From Nemertoderma westbladi (lineage: Eukaryota; Animalia; Xenacoelomorpha): a DNA stretch of 64,000 nt. The notes under the pieces were generated by a model, which worked only from the letters and a program-made list of their open reading frames with translations, was not told the DNA's origin and made no database searches. Positions 1 to 10,631 of this stretch are shown here, piece by piece. A program made the translations under genes and the position numbers. Every line of letters begins with the position of its first letter. The stretch's first letter is position 1. The stretch covers positions 1 to 64,000 of the forward strand of contig JAUCBJ010000179.1 in assembly GCA_032718475.1 (NCBI GenBank). Reading direction: 5' to 3'.

Positions 1-867
1 TATAGAGATTATTGGGAGAGTTAAAGGAATTTGAGTGGTATTTTCCAGAGCATTCTACCAAAACAAAATCAAGCAATCCCAGTTTAACCATCAATCAAAT
101 TTAATACAGACTATATGCAACTTACTACATTATCGTTCAAAATCAGCATGTTTTATTGATATAAAAGGTAGATGAACTGTTTAATTCAATGCTATAGATA
201 TGTACAGGCAGACCAATAAGCTGGGGTGCCGCACCCATATTGTGACACGATAGGTGGGAAGCTCGCCCTATTGGTGAAGGGAAGTTTCCATCAGTTTTCC
301 TAAAAACATAAATGTTCATGTCCAAAAGGATGTTGACTTCACTTCTCTGGGCGTTTCTGTTGGTTCTACAGTAGGTGCCATAAAATACTGTAGCTAATGG
401 AAGAGACACATTGTTTCCTACCGTCAACGTCAACGTCAATCGTCAAGCGTCAAGCGTCAACTTTATCGTTAACGTAAACATCATCGTCAATGTTATTATC
501 ATCAGCAACGTGAACGTCAACGTCTCCGTCGTCATTGCCCTGCGTGGTTGTTGACGTCGTCATCACCGTCATTGTCGTCATGTTGCTTGTTTAACCGTAA
601 AGTGTAACCAGTGTACTTGTAAAAAGTGTCCTCATTATGAAACCAACAAAACTTCACCTATCGTGTCACCCTTCTATTGTGCTCTAGAAAATACTTGTGT
701 ATATGATTGAAATAACTGATATGTCCTTGCCAATCGAACTCAACTTTATTTACAATCTGTGGGGCGGGAACGACGCGTATGGTTCGTGTGTCTTGATCCA
801 CTCCTATCCGACAGAAACGAGACAGTGAAGTCAAAAAGGAGAAGTATCATCACATAATACCATCACA
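1..867 (+). repeat. 5' LTR of element 1 (truncated by the window edge)
   Basis: Matches 9718-10590; differences seen by eye are one CGTCAA unit and at least two substitutions; ends CATCACA. Confidence 0.96.
379..421 (+). promoter_or_regulatory. Predicted LTR core promoter: TATA-like CATAAAA (379-385), putative start at A410
   Basis: CATAAAA begins 31 bp upstream of an initiator-like CA+1TT; start site inferred from spacing only. Confidence 0.55.
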
Positions 868-873
868 AAATAA

Positions 874-885
874 GTAGGAAACAAT
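874..885 (+). other. Non-tRNA primer-binding site candidate of element 1 (GTAGGAAACAAT)
   Basis: No TGG after the LTR; exact reverse complement of LTR 410-421 (ATTGTTTCCTAC). Confidence 0.7.
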
Positions 886-914
886 TCGTCTTCCTAAGGG
901 GGGGCGGATTAACA

Positions 915-3900
915 ATGGAAAAGGTGACAGAGGCGGGTTCGACCAGCGGACCACGGTCACCAGCGACTCCAGAATCACCGACGGCCTGGAGTGAAGAGGG
1001 TCTAGAAACGAGCGGCCCTGGTGTTGGCGTGGTTTCTGAACCAGTAAGTGAATTCCAAACGAGCGTAGGTGTATCTGGTCGGTTGTATGGAGACAAATCC
1101 GAAAAATCGAGGACAATGGTGAGGTCGCCCTCTGAAGAGGAGCTCATAAGAGAAATTGAAGACCTCACTAAAGAGCCTCCACAGCGTGTCAGAACGGAAA
1201 CGGAGCGGAAATCGGGAGGTTCCGCCATATACGGCGAGGGAGAACACTTTCGAAGTACTAAGCCAAAGAGGATGACCAGATCCACCATCGGATTGACCCA
1301 GTTGCCCACGATGGACAGCGGCGAAGTGGAACGTTTGGCTCGCAATTACAGGAAAGCGAGGAACGATCTTCAGGTGTTTAGTTCTGGAGGTAAAGACGAT
1401 TCCAACCTAACTGCAACAGTTGGTAAGGTAAACTTATATATTGCATGGCTGGAGCAATGTGGGCACAGTGAAAGGGCGAACTGTATTGCCACTGAAGTGG
1501 CAGATATTTTAGCTGCCGCTTATCGGCAGAATTTATTTAGTGGAACGTTACATGTAGGAAGTTGCACAGTGGGTGACTTACAAAGTTGGGAGGGTGTAGT
1601 AAGGGTGGCAGACGAAGGGTTGCCCCGCATTTCACCTGAGGACTCCGTGTCCCAGGTGCCGTCTGTCGTACCCAAAACAAAATCGGGGAATTCCGTAACT
1701 GTAAAGCCACACGTAGGCCTATCTTGGACTTCTTCGATGGTAATCAGGGAAGTCGAAAAAATTAACACACAGTGCTTAATTGATAAGCTAGATGCGAAAC
1801 AAATAGCGATAGAAAAAGAGTATGAAAGGGAACGTGTAGCACAAGAAATTGAGGTAGAGAGATGTGAGGCGTTACGTGTGTTAGCCCTAAATAAATTACA
1901 GGCAGATGTATCTGCAAGTAATAGTGATGTGGAAGTTTTGGGTATGTCTAGAAAGGTGACGTCATTAGTTAATGGTAAACATACACAGTTGAGAGATTTT
2001 GAGAATGAAACCATGGGCGTACACACTTTATATCATAGTGATACTGAGGTACATAGAAATAATTACACAAATAGTAGCAGACATCTGCAACATAACGGCA
2101 AACAAAGCAAAGGATATAATCCATCCGTTCCTGTTGTAGGTGTAATTAATGCAGTCGGAGATAAGGTAGAACGTTTCACACCAGCATGTCAAAACATGCA
2201 GGGACTGGGAAAAAACATTGTGAGCATGCATACTGTAGATCCAGGCGTAAGTAATGACCCAGAAAGGCAAGGGACGGCACGCATGGCCAATTTGAATCCT
2301 ACTGCATCAACATATGTGCCTACCAGCCATAAGAAAAAAAAGGTAGGCATGGCCAATGTAAATGTAACGGATTGGGACAGCGGAAATTTCCCGCGATTTG
2401 TCCCACAGCCAACGTTGATGGTTGAAAAAGATGCAGGCAATTATAATATTAATGATGAGTTAAATGATTATGGAACTAACTCACAATTGACTAGGGATCG
2501 CAAGATGCATAGCAGAGGATCTTATGACCCAATTAGTAATGCATTTCCCGATATCAATCATTATCCCACGAACTATAGTTATGGTCCTTTGGGACAAGTG
2601 CGATATCCTGGAACCCATAGGGACACTACCACCCCTCTAGGTAACAGCCAAATTCCTGCAACAAATTATAGCCCCATTGATAATAATTATCGTCCCAGGG
2701 GACAGGTACTGAATCCAGGGCAGAGTGGTGAAGGGACATCCGTTGCGGGACAAACTGTCCCTGTCAGTAGCTACGGTCCCAGGGGGGACCCGGGACTCGC
2801 AGGAATGTCGAGTTTAATGGATTCCTGGAAGATGAAGTTGGATCTACCAACAGTACAGCCGTTTATTTTCGACGGATTAAAACCCGAAGAATATATACAG
2901 TTTAGACAAATATTTTACGATGAAATTCTGTCAATACCACTGTCTGAAACAAAACGTTTAAATTATTTACAAGTCTACACATCTGGTGAGGCCCTTGAGT
3001 TAGTTAGGACATTCGTGGGTCTACCCAATGGCTTTCAAACTGCTTGGGAGGCATTAGAGACACGGTTTGGAAACCCTGGACGTATTATTCAAAATACGAT
3101 AAACAAATTAGTAACAAATTCGACAGTAAAAACACCGAAAGAAATAAAGCAATTTTCAGATAAACTTAATAAAGCTATATTAGTATTGCAAGTTTTGGAC
3201 CGTCCCGCAGAGTTGAATGCGGGAGCAAATATGTTATTAGTAGTGGCTGCATTGCCACTAAACGTACGAAATCGGTGGCGAGATAAATCTGTGAAAATTC
3301 GGTCTAGGTACAATCGAGAGCCGTCAATGCAAGAGTTAGCTACATTCTTGGTGAGTGTAGCGGAATCTATGCAAGATCCAATGTTTAATGAAGAGTTGGT
3401 TGCTGCCGTGAAACCGCCAAGTAAGAAGGTGGAAGTTGTTGCAATTCCGCCACAGCCACACACATCCTCCAACCAACTACCACCTAAGAGGGGAACAGTA
3501 ATGTTTAATAGTGTGGGTGTAGAGAAAACAGATACTCGAAACCCAGCAATGCGAAGTCCTGAAAAACGGGATTTTAATAAAGGCAGTGTCGGTCATGGCA
3601 ATGCATGGGGTAATTATTCCCGGAGAGCCCCGGGATCCAAGGGGATGCAAAGTGAATATGTGCATTATATTAACCCAGCCACCCATGTGTATACGTTGGG
3701 GGCACCATGTCAGATGCACCCGCATATGCGGGGGCATACTACTAACGAATGTCGACTGTGGCGTGCAGTGCCACTTGACACAAGATTTAATTATGCCCGG
3801 CGCCACAATATATGTGGTAACTGTGGCGAACCTGGCCATCTGGCACGGGACTGCAGTAATAATATGCGACTATATGCGAGCAATACTCGCACTATCGTGA

Positions 3901-5210
3901 AGCCTACTGTCTCTTTGACTCAAGGGATGACACCATCATCAGAGACCGTAGCTTCAACTAAGACACATGTAAATACACCATTGGAGCCAAGCAACGCAGT
4001 GGTTGGTACGCTGTTAAGGGGGTCCGGCCACCCTGAAGGAAATAATAAATCCGGATTATTAGTTGTGGGGGATAAGGTGAAACCAGAGTCAGGGGAGTTT
4101 AACCTATTCAATTTAAGCGATAGAGAGGAAGCTTTGGTTCGAGCAAAACGGGGCGTGAAAATGTTACCAGCACCAGTTAATAGTTTGATGCCAGGACATC
4201 GAATGGCTGATCACAACACTTATTTGAAGGTTGTGGTGCTGGCAATCACACCGCCAGAAGGAGCTGGTGTTACTACACTAGCTCTAATAGATAATGGATC
4301 AGCTGTAACGCTCATGGACAAGGACTTAGGAGAGGGAATTGGACTTGTGGGATTCGAACGTCCACTGAATTTGTTGACAGTGGCAACACGCAATAGGGAG
4401 ATTCCAACTACAGTCGCCACATGTCAGCTTAGTAATATTACGGACGCTCCACCATACACCACTTGGTGTACAGTCGCACTCATTAAGGATTTTCACATAC
4501 CAGTGGAAAGACCCTCTCGAGAGGAGTTAGATCAATACACATATTTACACGATATTGATCTATGGAAGTATAAAGTGGAGAATTTGGACATACCGCGGGT
4601 AACCATACTTATTGGAATGGACTGCCCGGCTGCCCATGCACAGTATGAAATTCGAACCGGACCAGAACCAGAGACATCCCCGAGGGCTGAGTTAGGCCCA
4701 TTCGGATGGACAGTGGCAGGTCCAATGGCATCATTACCATCAGTCGCTAAAAATGCCAGGGATTGTGGGATCAGTTCTCCAAATAACTCATTTTGGACTC
4801 AATTTGGAGGTCAGAAGAAAATACTTATAAAGCCTCAATGGGTAGCTGCTGATGCATTTAATGGCTATGTGCATAACCCAGAACGGGATCTAGCCACATT
4901 ATTTGATAGGGATAGTGAAGGCCTTTATGATCCTATGCTAGGTAACTCTCAGGAAGATAAACAGGCCCTTGCAGACTTAGAGGGATCAATTGTACTGAAG
5001 GATGGGCGCTTCACTGCGAGAATGATTTGGAAGGATCCCTCTGCCATACTGCCAAATAATGAGGCCATGGCTAGAGATCGGCTGGCTAAATTAAAGCGCG
5101 CACTTATTCGCAAACCCGAACACAATGAGTTTGTCACAAAGACAATTGAAAAGTATTTGCAGAAGGGATGGGCAATTAAGTTGCCACCAGACGAGCCTGA
5201 CACAACTTGA
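915..5210 (+). CDS. gag: BEL/Pao Gag-protease part of the polyprotein, plus start of RT region
   Basis: 1431-aa ORF; capsid-like region (FDG...LNYLQVYTSGEA...LETRFG); zinc knuckle CGNCGEPGHLARDC; aspartic protease LIDNGS; GPFGW motif. Confidence 0.93.
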   Translation: MEKVTEAGSTSGPRSPATPESPTAWSEEGLETSGPGVGVVSEPVSEFQTSVGVSGRLYGDKSEKSRTMVRSPSEEELIREIEDLTKEPPQRVRTETERKSGGSAIYGEGEHFRSTKPKRMTRSTIGLTQLPTMDSGEVERLARNYRKARNDLQVFSSGGKDDSNLTATVGKVNLYIAWLEQCGHSERANCIATEVADILAAAYRQNLFSGTLHVGSCTVGDLQSWEGVVRVADEGLPRISPEDSVSQVPSVVPKTKSGNSVTVKPHVGLSWTSSMVIREVEKINTQCLIDKLDAKQIAIEKEYERERVAQEIEVERCEALRVLALNKLQADVSASNSDVEVLGMSRKVTSLVNGKHTQLRDFENETMGVHTLYHSDTEVHRNNYTNSSRHLQHNGKQSKGYNPSVPVVGVINAVGDKVERFTPACQNMQGLGKNIVSMHTVDPGVSNDPERQGTARMANLNPTASTYVPTSHKKKKVGMANVNVTDWDSGNFPRFVPQPTLMVEKDAGNYNINDELNDYGTNSQLTRDRKMHSRGSYDPISNAFPDINHYPTNYSYGPLGQVRYPGTHRDTTTPLGNSQIPATNYSPIDNNYRPRGQVLNPGQSGEGTSVAGQTVPVSSYGPRGDPGLAGMSSLMDSWKMKLDLPTVQPFIFDGLKPEEYIQFRQIFYDEILSIPLSETKRLNYLQVYTSGEALELVRTFVGLPNGFQTAWEALETRFGNPGRIIQNTINKLVTNSTVKTPKEIKQFSDKLNKAILVLQVLDRPAELNAGANMLLVVAALPLNVRNRWRDKSVKIRSRYNREPSMQELATFLVSVAESMQDPMFNEELVAAVKPPSKKVEVVAIPPQPHTSSNQLPPKRGTVMFNSVGVEKTDTRNPAMRSPEKRDFNKGSVGHGNAWGNYSRRAPGSKGMQSEYVHYINPATHVYTLGAPCQMHPHMRGHTTNECRLWRAVPLDTRFNYARRHNICGNCGEPGHLARDCSNNMRLYASNTRTIVKPTVSLTQGMTPSSETVASTKTHVNTPLEPSNAVVGTLLRGSGHPEGNNKSGLLVVGDKVKPESGEFNLFNLSDREEALVRAKRGVKMLPAPVNSLMPGHRMADHNTYLKVVVLAITPPEGAGVTTLALIDNGSAVTLMDKDLGEGIGLVGFERPLNLLTVATRNREIPTTVATCQLSNITDAPPYTTWCTVALIKDFHIPVERPSREELDQYTYLHDIDLWKYKVENLDIPRVTILIGMDCPAAHAQYEIRTGPEPETSPRAELGPFGWTVAGPMASLPSVAKNARDCGISSPNNSFWTQFGGQKKILIKPQWVAADAFNGYVHNPERDLATLFDRDSEGLYDPMLGNSQEDKQALADLEGSIVLKDGRFTARMIWKDPSAILPNNEAMARDRLAKLKRALIRKPEHNEFVTKTIEKYLQKGWAIKLPPDEPDTT

Positions 5211-8200
5211 ACATACTACCTTCCTCTTCATGTGGCTGTTGCCATTAACAAAGGAAACAAACCGCGGTTGGTTAACGATGCTGCGGCCAAATATCATGGG
5301 ATGTCATTGAATGACTACCTATTGGAAGGACCTAATATTTATAATTTAGGCATCCATATTTTATTTAGATATCGTGCGGGAAAATTTGCCTTCACAAGTG
5401 ATGTGGAGGCAATGTTTCACCAAATCAGAGTGTATCAGGAAGACAGTGATAGCTTGCGTTTCTTGTGGCATGATCATGACGAACCCAATGCTGAACCAAA
5501 CAAGTATAAAATGATCGTGCACATGTTTGGTGCAAAGTGTTCACCTTGTATTGCAACACGAGTTATGCGTGAGTCGGCAAACATGGCTCCAGCTACCATT
5601 AGCGAACAGGCCAAGGACATGATTCGTAATGAGTTTTATGTAGATGACGGCCTAAAATCAGGTAATAGTGAAAAAGGTCTTGTAAGATTAGCCCTTGATG
5701 CTAAACTATGTTTAGCGGGGGGAGGGTTCAACCTCACAAAATTTAAATCGAACAGTGCGTACTTCATGGAACAGATGTCAGAAGAAATATCGGTTACAGT
5801 GTGTAAACAGGACAATGTAAGCGGGAGTGAACAGGAGGTGTCGGCGCAAGTAACAGGTGAGATGCCAGACAGGGTGCTGATGGATCATCAGAATGCTGGA
5901 CAAGATGGACGAGTCTTGGGCATCGCCTGGAACCGAGTTAAGGACACCTTAGAGTATGTCTTTCAACCAGACAAGGACATGCAACATACAACAAGGGCCT
6001 ACTTATCCTTCATCGCAAGGATTTATGATCCACTGGGACTGGTTGCGCCGAACATGGTTGTAGGGAGGCATATCCTCCGGGATGCATATTTAAGCAAGTG
6101 TGAATGGGACGAAGGGCTACCGGAGGAGTTAGTAGTTAGGTGGAAAGAGTGGTTGGTGGCCCTGGAGGATCTCCAGCGGCTCGCAATACCTAGGGTTTAT
6201 TTCCAGGATGGAGATATGTCCAGTATAGAGATGCATGTGTTTTCAGACGCATCCTCTAAAGGGTATGGGGCGGTGGTGTATTTAAATCAAATGAACACTA
6301 CGAACCCTCCACGGATAGTATACAGTAAAGCAAGAACCGCCCCATTAAAGGCAGTAACCATCCCACGTCTAGAATTAATGGCAGCCCTAATAGGAGTGCG
6401 AGTGGCAATTCAGGTAAGAAAGGCATTGGGGTGTGTGCTATCATCACACTACTGGACAGATTCAACAACAGTGCTCCGGTACATCCAGAATGATGCACGT
6501 AGATATAAGGTATTTGTGGCTAATCGGGTTGATGAAATCCGAGCCACAACATGTTTGGACCAGTGGCATTATTGCCCAACCGAAATCAATCCAGGTGACT
6601 TAGTGTCACGCGGTAGCCTAGAGGTCCCCTTTCTAGAGAAGGAAGCCTTATGGCAGCACGGACCCACTTTCTTGAAGAATGTAGCTGAGTGGCCCTTGTT
6701 CCCAGATTGTAAAGTGATAGATCCAGGGAAGGATGTATGCAAGGACCCTGAAGTTAGAAATGAAATGGTGTTTCATACTATCATATCTAACAGTGTGGGA
6801 GATGGAATAGTGCACATTAGTCCCACACAGAGGCTGTTGACCTACAGTGGATCCTGGTATACCACATGCAAGCGTGTGGCATATATTAGGGCCCTGGTCC
6901 AATTCCGTCGAACAGGTAAGACCAGTAAGCCAATTATAGATGTCAAGAGTGCCGAGAATGGTATCATTCGATACCTTCAGAGGAAAGCATATCCCGAAGA
7001 AGTACGACGACTTCTTGAAGGCAAGAATATTCCTCAACGTAGCACACTCAGGAGGTTGTGCCCATTCCTAAACAATGGAATACTCACTATGGGTTCTCGA
7101 CTGAAACACATGAGTGAAATACTAGGGGCAACCACACCCATCATATTACCCAATGATCCAGCAATAATCGGAAGTATTGTGTGGGACATACACACTACAG
7201 TGCTGCATAGTGGCATCAACGCCACATTGGCTGCAGTACGTCGCCGATTCTGGATACCATCATTGCGAAAGTTAGTCAAAGGTATAGTAAAGTCATGTGT
7301 ACGGTGTCGCTATGTGAGACGAGAAAGGGTGGTGCAACAGATGGCACCACTCCCAGTAGAGCGGGTCACTCCATATTTGACGCCATTCACTTACACTGGA
7401 ACCGATATGTTCGGACCTTTGATGGTTAAGGTGAAACGCCATATGGAGAAACGATATGGTTTGATATTCGTTTGCTACAACTCAAGAGCTGTGGCACTTG
7501 AGTTGGTACAAAGTGCAACCGCAGATGCATTCATCAATGCTCTGAGACGATTTACGTGTCGTTATGGAGCTGTTAGGAGGATGCATTCCGACAATGGTGG
7601 TAACTTTGTAGGAGCAGAGAAAGAGCTTAGAGAAGCCAGGATCACATTGGCGAGCTCTGAGGTGACCAACTCAGTGCGAAAAAAGGGTGTTGAATGGAAA
7701 TTTCACACGCCTTATGCCCCACACACTTCAGGGGTGTGGGAGCGAATGATCGGTACAGCAGGCAGACACCTCCGAGCCATCGCAACAGATCATACGGTCA
7801 CAGAAGATGTATTGCGCACAATGTTTGCGGAGGCAGAGGCGGCTATGAATAGTCGACCACTATGCGCGGTGGATGATGACCCAGAGTCGTTTGAGGTTAT
7901 CACACCGAGTCATCTATTGAATCGACAGCCAGCACCTATTCTAAACAGGAGTCTGTGGGGAGAGAGCGACATCTATGCAAGGAGTGCATGGACCGTAGTT
8001 CAGGCTCTTTCTAAGGAGTTCTGGAATAGGTGGGTGACAGACTACTTGCCCATGCTGCAAGAACGCAGTAAATGGCACAAACCCCAAAGAAACTTGCATG
8101 TAGGGGACTTAGTCATTGTGACAGACGGTACATTGATTAAAAACAGTTGGACAATGGCTAGAATCGCTAAGTGTTATCCAGGAACGGATGGATTGGTTCG

Positions 8201-8288
8201 TTCCGTTGAGGTGTACCTGGGAGACAAGTCGGGCAAGACATACAAGCGTTCAGTGGGCAATTGTTGTCTACTGGAGCAGGTTCAATAA
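5211..8288 (+). CDS. pol: BEL/Pao Pol (RT, RNase H, integrase); same frame as gag, separated by one TGA
   Basis: YYLPLH, DVEAMFHQI, MFGAKCSP, FYVDD; RNase H HVFSDAS, IPRLEL, WTDS; integrase H-H-C-C, DMFGP, SDNG, GVWER. Confidence 0.95.
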   Translation, partial: TYYLPLHVAVAINKGNKPRLVNDAAAKYHGMSLNDYLLEGPNIYNLGIHILFRYRAGKFAFTSDVEAMFHQIRVYQEDSDSLRFLWHDHDEPNAEPNKYKMIVHMFGAKCSPCIATRVMRESANMAPATISEQAKDMIRNEFYVDDGLKSGNSEKGLVRLALDAKLCLAGGGFNLTKFKSNSAYFMEQMSEEISVTVCKQDNVSGSEQEVSAQVTGEMPDRVLMDHQNAGQDGRVLGIAWNRVKDTLEYVFQPDKDMQHTTRAYLSFIARIYDPLGLVAPNMVVGRHILRDAYLSKCEWDEGLPEELVVRWKEWLVALEDLQRLAIPRVYFQDGDMSSIEMHVFSDASSKGYGAVVYLNQMNTTNPPRIVYSKARTAPLKAVTIPRLELMAALIGVRVAIQVRKALGCVLSSHYWTDSTTVLRYIQNDARRYKVFVANRVDEIRATTCLDQWHYCPTEINPGDLVSRGSLEVPFLEKEALWQHGPTFLKNVAEWPLFPDCKVIDPGKDVCKDPEVRNEMVFHTIISNSVGDGIVHISPTQRLLTYSGSWYTTCKRVAYIRALVQFRRTGKTSKPIIDVKSAENGIIRYLQRKAYPEEVRRLLEGKNIPQRSTLRRLCPFLNNGILTMGSRLKHMSEILGATTPIILPNDPAIIGSIVWDIHTTVLHSGINATLAAVRRRFWIPSLRKLVKGIVKSCVRCRYVRRERVVQQMAPLPVERVTPYLTPFTYTGTDMFGPLMVKVKRHMEKRYGLIFVCYNSRAVALELVQSATADAFINALRRFTCRYGAVRRMHSDNGGNFVGAEKELREARITLASSEVTNSVRKKGVEWKFHTPYAPHTSGVWERMIGTAGRHLRAIATDHTVTEDVLRTMFAEAEAAMNSRPLCAVDDDPESFEVITPSHLLNRQPAPILNRSLWGESDIYARSAWTVVQALSKEFWNRWVTDYLPMLQERSKWHKPQRNLHVGDLVIVTDGTLIKNSWTMARIAKCYPGTDGLVRSVEVYLGDKSGKTYKRSVGNCCLLEQVQ

Positions 8289-9706
8289 AACGTGAGTTGC
8301 AGTTCGGGGGGAGGGAAGTATATTATGAATATTTCCCTGGAGAATGCAAGTGTAGTGCATTTGAATGAAATTAAATATTTCTGGATAGACTCAAGGTCAC
8401 CGTCGTTTGACAATGAGTTTAAGAAAGTCAGGCAAGGTACTGTATTACCTCAGTAGTTAGGTTAGTAATGAGGTTAGATTACTAATGATTAAATAAGCAT
8501 TGAAGTGCAAATGCATGCATGCGTCTTGAGTGAATGAGTGCATATTAAATGTTAGCATTATAATTCGGGTGGCGGCTGATTTATGGGCCATAGAATGTGT
8601 AAATCGCTTATAATAAAATAATAATTTACGCGTATGTAAAATAGAGTAGTGAGAAGAATCCGAATGTGAGAACGCAACGTAGCGTTAGATGTAACTTGGA
8701 TAAAAATTCGTATTATGGAGGAGCTGCATGTAATCTAGTATTTCGTATTTAAGTACATACAAACAGTGGTGGTCCGGTGACTAATACCGTACAATTTATT
8801 TCGATTGGCAAAATTAGGACATGAAAGGAACAGATGGAAACAAACTATCCCACAGGGGGATTGTTAGTGCTATTTAGCATGAACATATATTTTTCATTTT
8901 CATGATTGCAGATATTTTAACTCAATGGTGTGAACATAACATAGTAACATATATAGCCAGCTGGAAAGTGTTCAATGTTAGTGCATTATTTATTCGTATT
9001 TGTGCGCACATATACGCACGAGTAATGGACAAATCACAACAACAGACCAGTTTATACAAACAAGATAAATGGGCTATTACAATGCAGTCATTGTTTCCGG
9101 GTGCAGCTTGGCGAACTGCGTCCTACAATCACAGCCACAAGGGGTTCACGCAGGCAGCGTCAACTTCTGATTACCGGGACCGCATATATCTAAGGTACAT
9201 AAACATTCGTAAGACCTAGTGGGCGCACAAACTACCGGTAGACATTTCAGCAGTGACCACTGGGTAGGGTACGTATGTGATAAGTAACGGGTAGGCGGTA
9301 ACGAAGCGTCCAGGCACTCAGAGTGCTGGGCAAGGTGACCATGTGGTGTACGAGTGCTGGATGCATCACCACATGGAACACAGGATTTAGGGTTATGTTT
9401 GAGTGCGTGAGTAGGTGGGCATGAGGAAATGCCCGTGGCCAAGCAAAGCGTTGCGTGAGAGGTGCATTAAGTCGGTGTGACGATCTGAAAAAGGGTGGGC
9501 ACCGATGGCGTCAACGAAACCTGATGGTACTATTAAGCACATCAGATGTCTGAGGGCGTAGCGACTGTAGTTAGCCCCTCAGATTAATTCTAGCAGTGTC
9601 ATTCGGCGACATTGCGTCAAACTTAAACGTAAGTTGATCGTGTAGAAAGGAGAAGTGTAAAAGTTTATGTTAGTGGTGTGGATATTTCATATCCACACGG
9701 GGGGAG

Positions 9707-10590
9707 TGTTGCGGGAGTATAGAGATTATTGGGAGAGTTAAAGGAATTTGAGTGGTATTTTCCAGAGCATTCTACCAAAACAAAATCAAGCAATCCCAGT
9801 TTAACCATCAATCAAATTTAATACAGACTATATGCAACTTACTACATTATCGTTCAAAATCAGCATGTTTTATTGATATAAAAGGTAGATGAACTGTTTA
9901 ATTCAATGCTATAGATATGTACAGGCAGACCAATAAGCTGGGGTGCCGCACCCATATTGTGACACGATAGGTGGGAAGCTCGCCCTATTGGTGAAGGGAA
10001 GTTTCCATCAGTTTTCCTAAAAACATAAATGTTCATGTCCAAAAGGATGTTGACTTCACTTCTCTGGGCGTTTCTGTTGGTTCTACAGTAGGTGCCATAA
10101 AATACTGTAGCTAATGGAAGAGACACATTGTTTCCTACCGTCAACGTCAACGTCAACGTCAATCGTCAAGCGTCAAGCGTCAACTTTATCGTTAACGTAA
10201 ACATCATCGTCAATGTTATTGTCATCAGCAACGTGAACGTCAACGTCTCCGTCGTCATTGCCCTGCGTGGTTGTTGACGTCGTCATCACCGTCATTGTCG
10301 TCATGTTGCTTGTTTAACCGTAAAGTGTAACCCGTGTACTTGTAAAAAGTGTCCTCATTATGAAACCAACAAAACTTCACCTATCGTGTCACCCTTCTAT
10401 TGTGCTCTAGAAAATACTTGTGTATATGATTGAAATAACTGATATGTCCTTGCCAATCGAACTCAACTTTATTTACAATCTGTGGGGCGGGAACGACGCG
10501 TATGGTTCGTGTGTCTTGATCCACTCCTATCCGACAGAAACGAGACAGTGAAGTCAAAAAGGAGAAGTATCATCACATAATACCATCACA
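9707..10590 (+). repeat. 3' LTR of element 1 (884 bp)
   Basis: Starts TGTTGCGG directly after the PPT; ends CCATCACA. Confidence 0.96.
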
Positions 10591-10631
10591 CAAATAACCC
10601 ACAACACTGCAATTCACCTCAAACCCAACAA

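Larger units (their letters stand above)
1..10590 (+). mobile_element. Full-length BEL/Pao LTR retrotransposon (element 1); first 11 bp of the 5' LTR lie outside the window
   Basis: Near-identical direct repeats 1-867 and 9707-10590 (TGT...ACA); PPT GGGGGGAG at 9699-9706; gag-PR-RT-RH-IN order with BEL/Pao motifs. Confidence 0.97.

Noticed and set aside
143-439. Duplicated ORFs (143/9860; 32351/42133; 33067/42867)
   Set aside because: They lie inside LTRs, have no protein motifs, and are duplicated only because the LTRs are
8902-9442. env-like ORF in element 1
   Set aside because: Only about 100-aa ORFs on opposite strands, without signal peptide or transmembrane features
10591-10597. Extending the element 1 LTR through AAATAA, which follows both LTRs
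   Set aside because: Needs a 1-nt indel and loses the CA terminus; the upstream TSD needed to settle it lies outside the window
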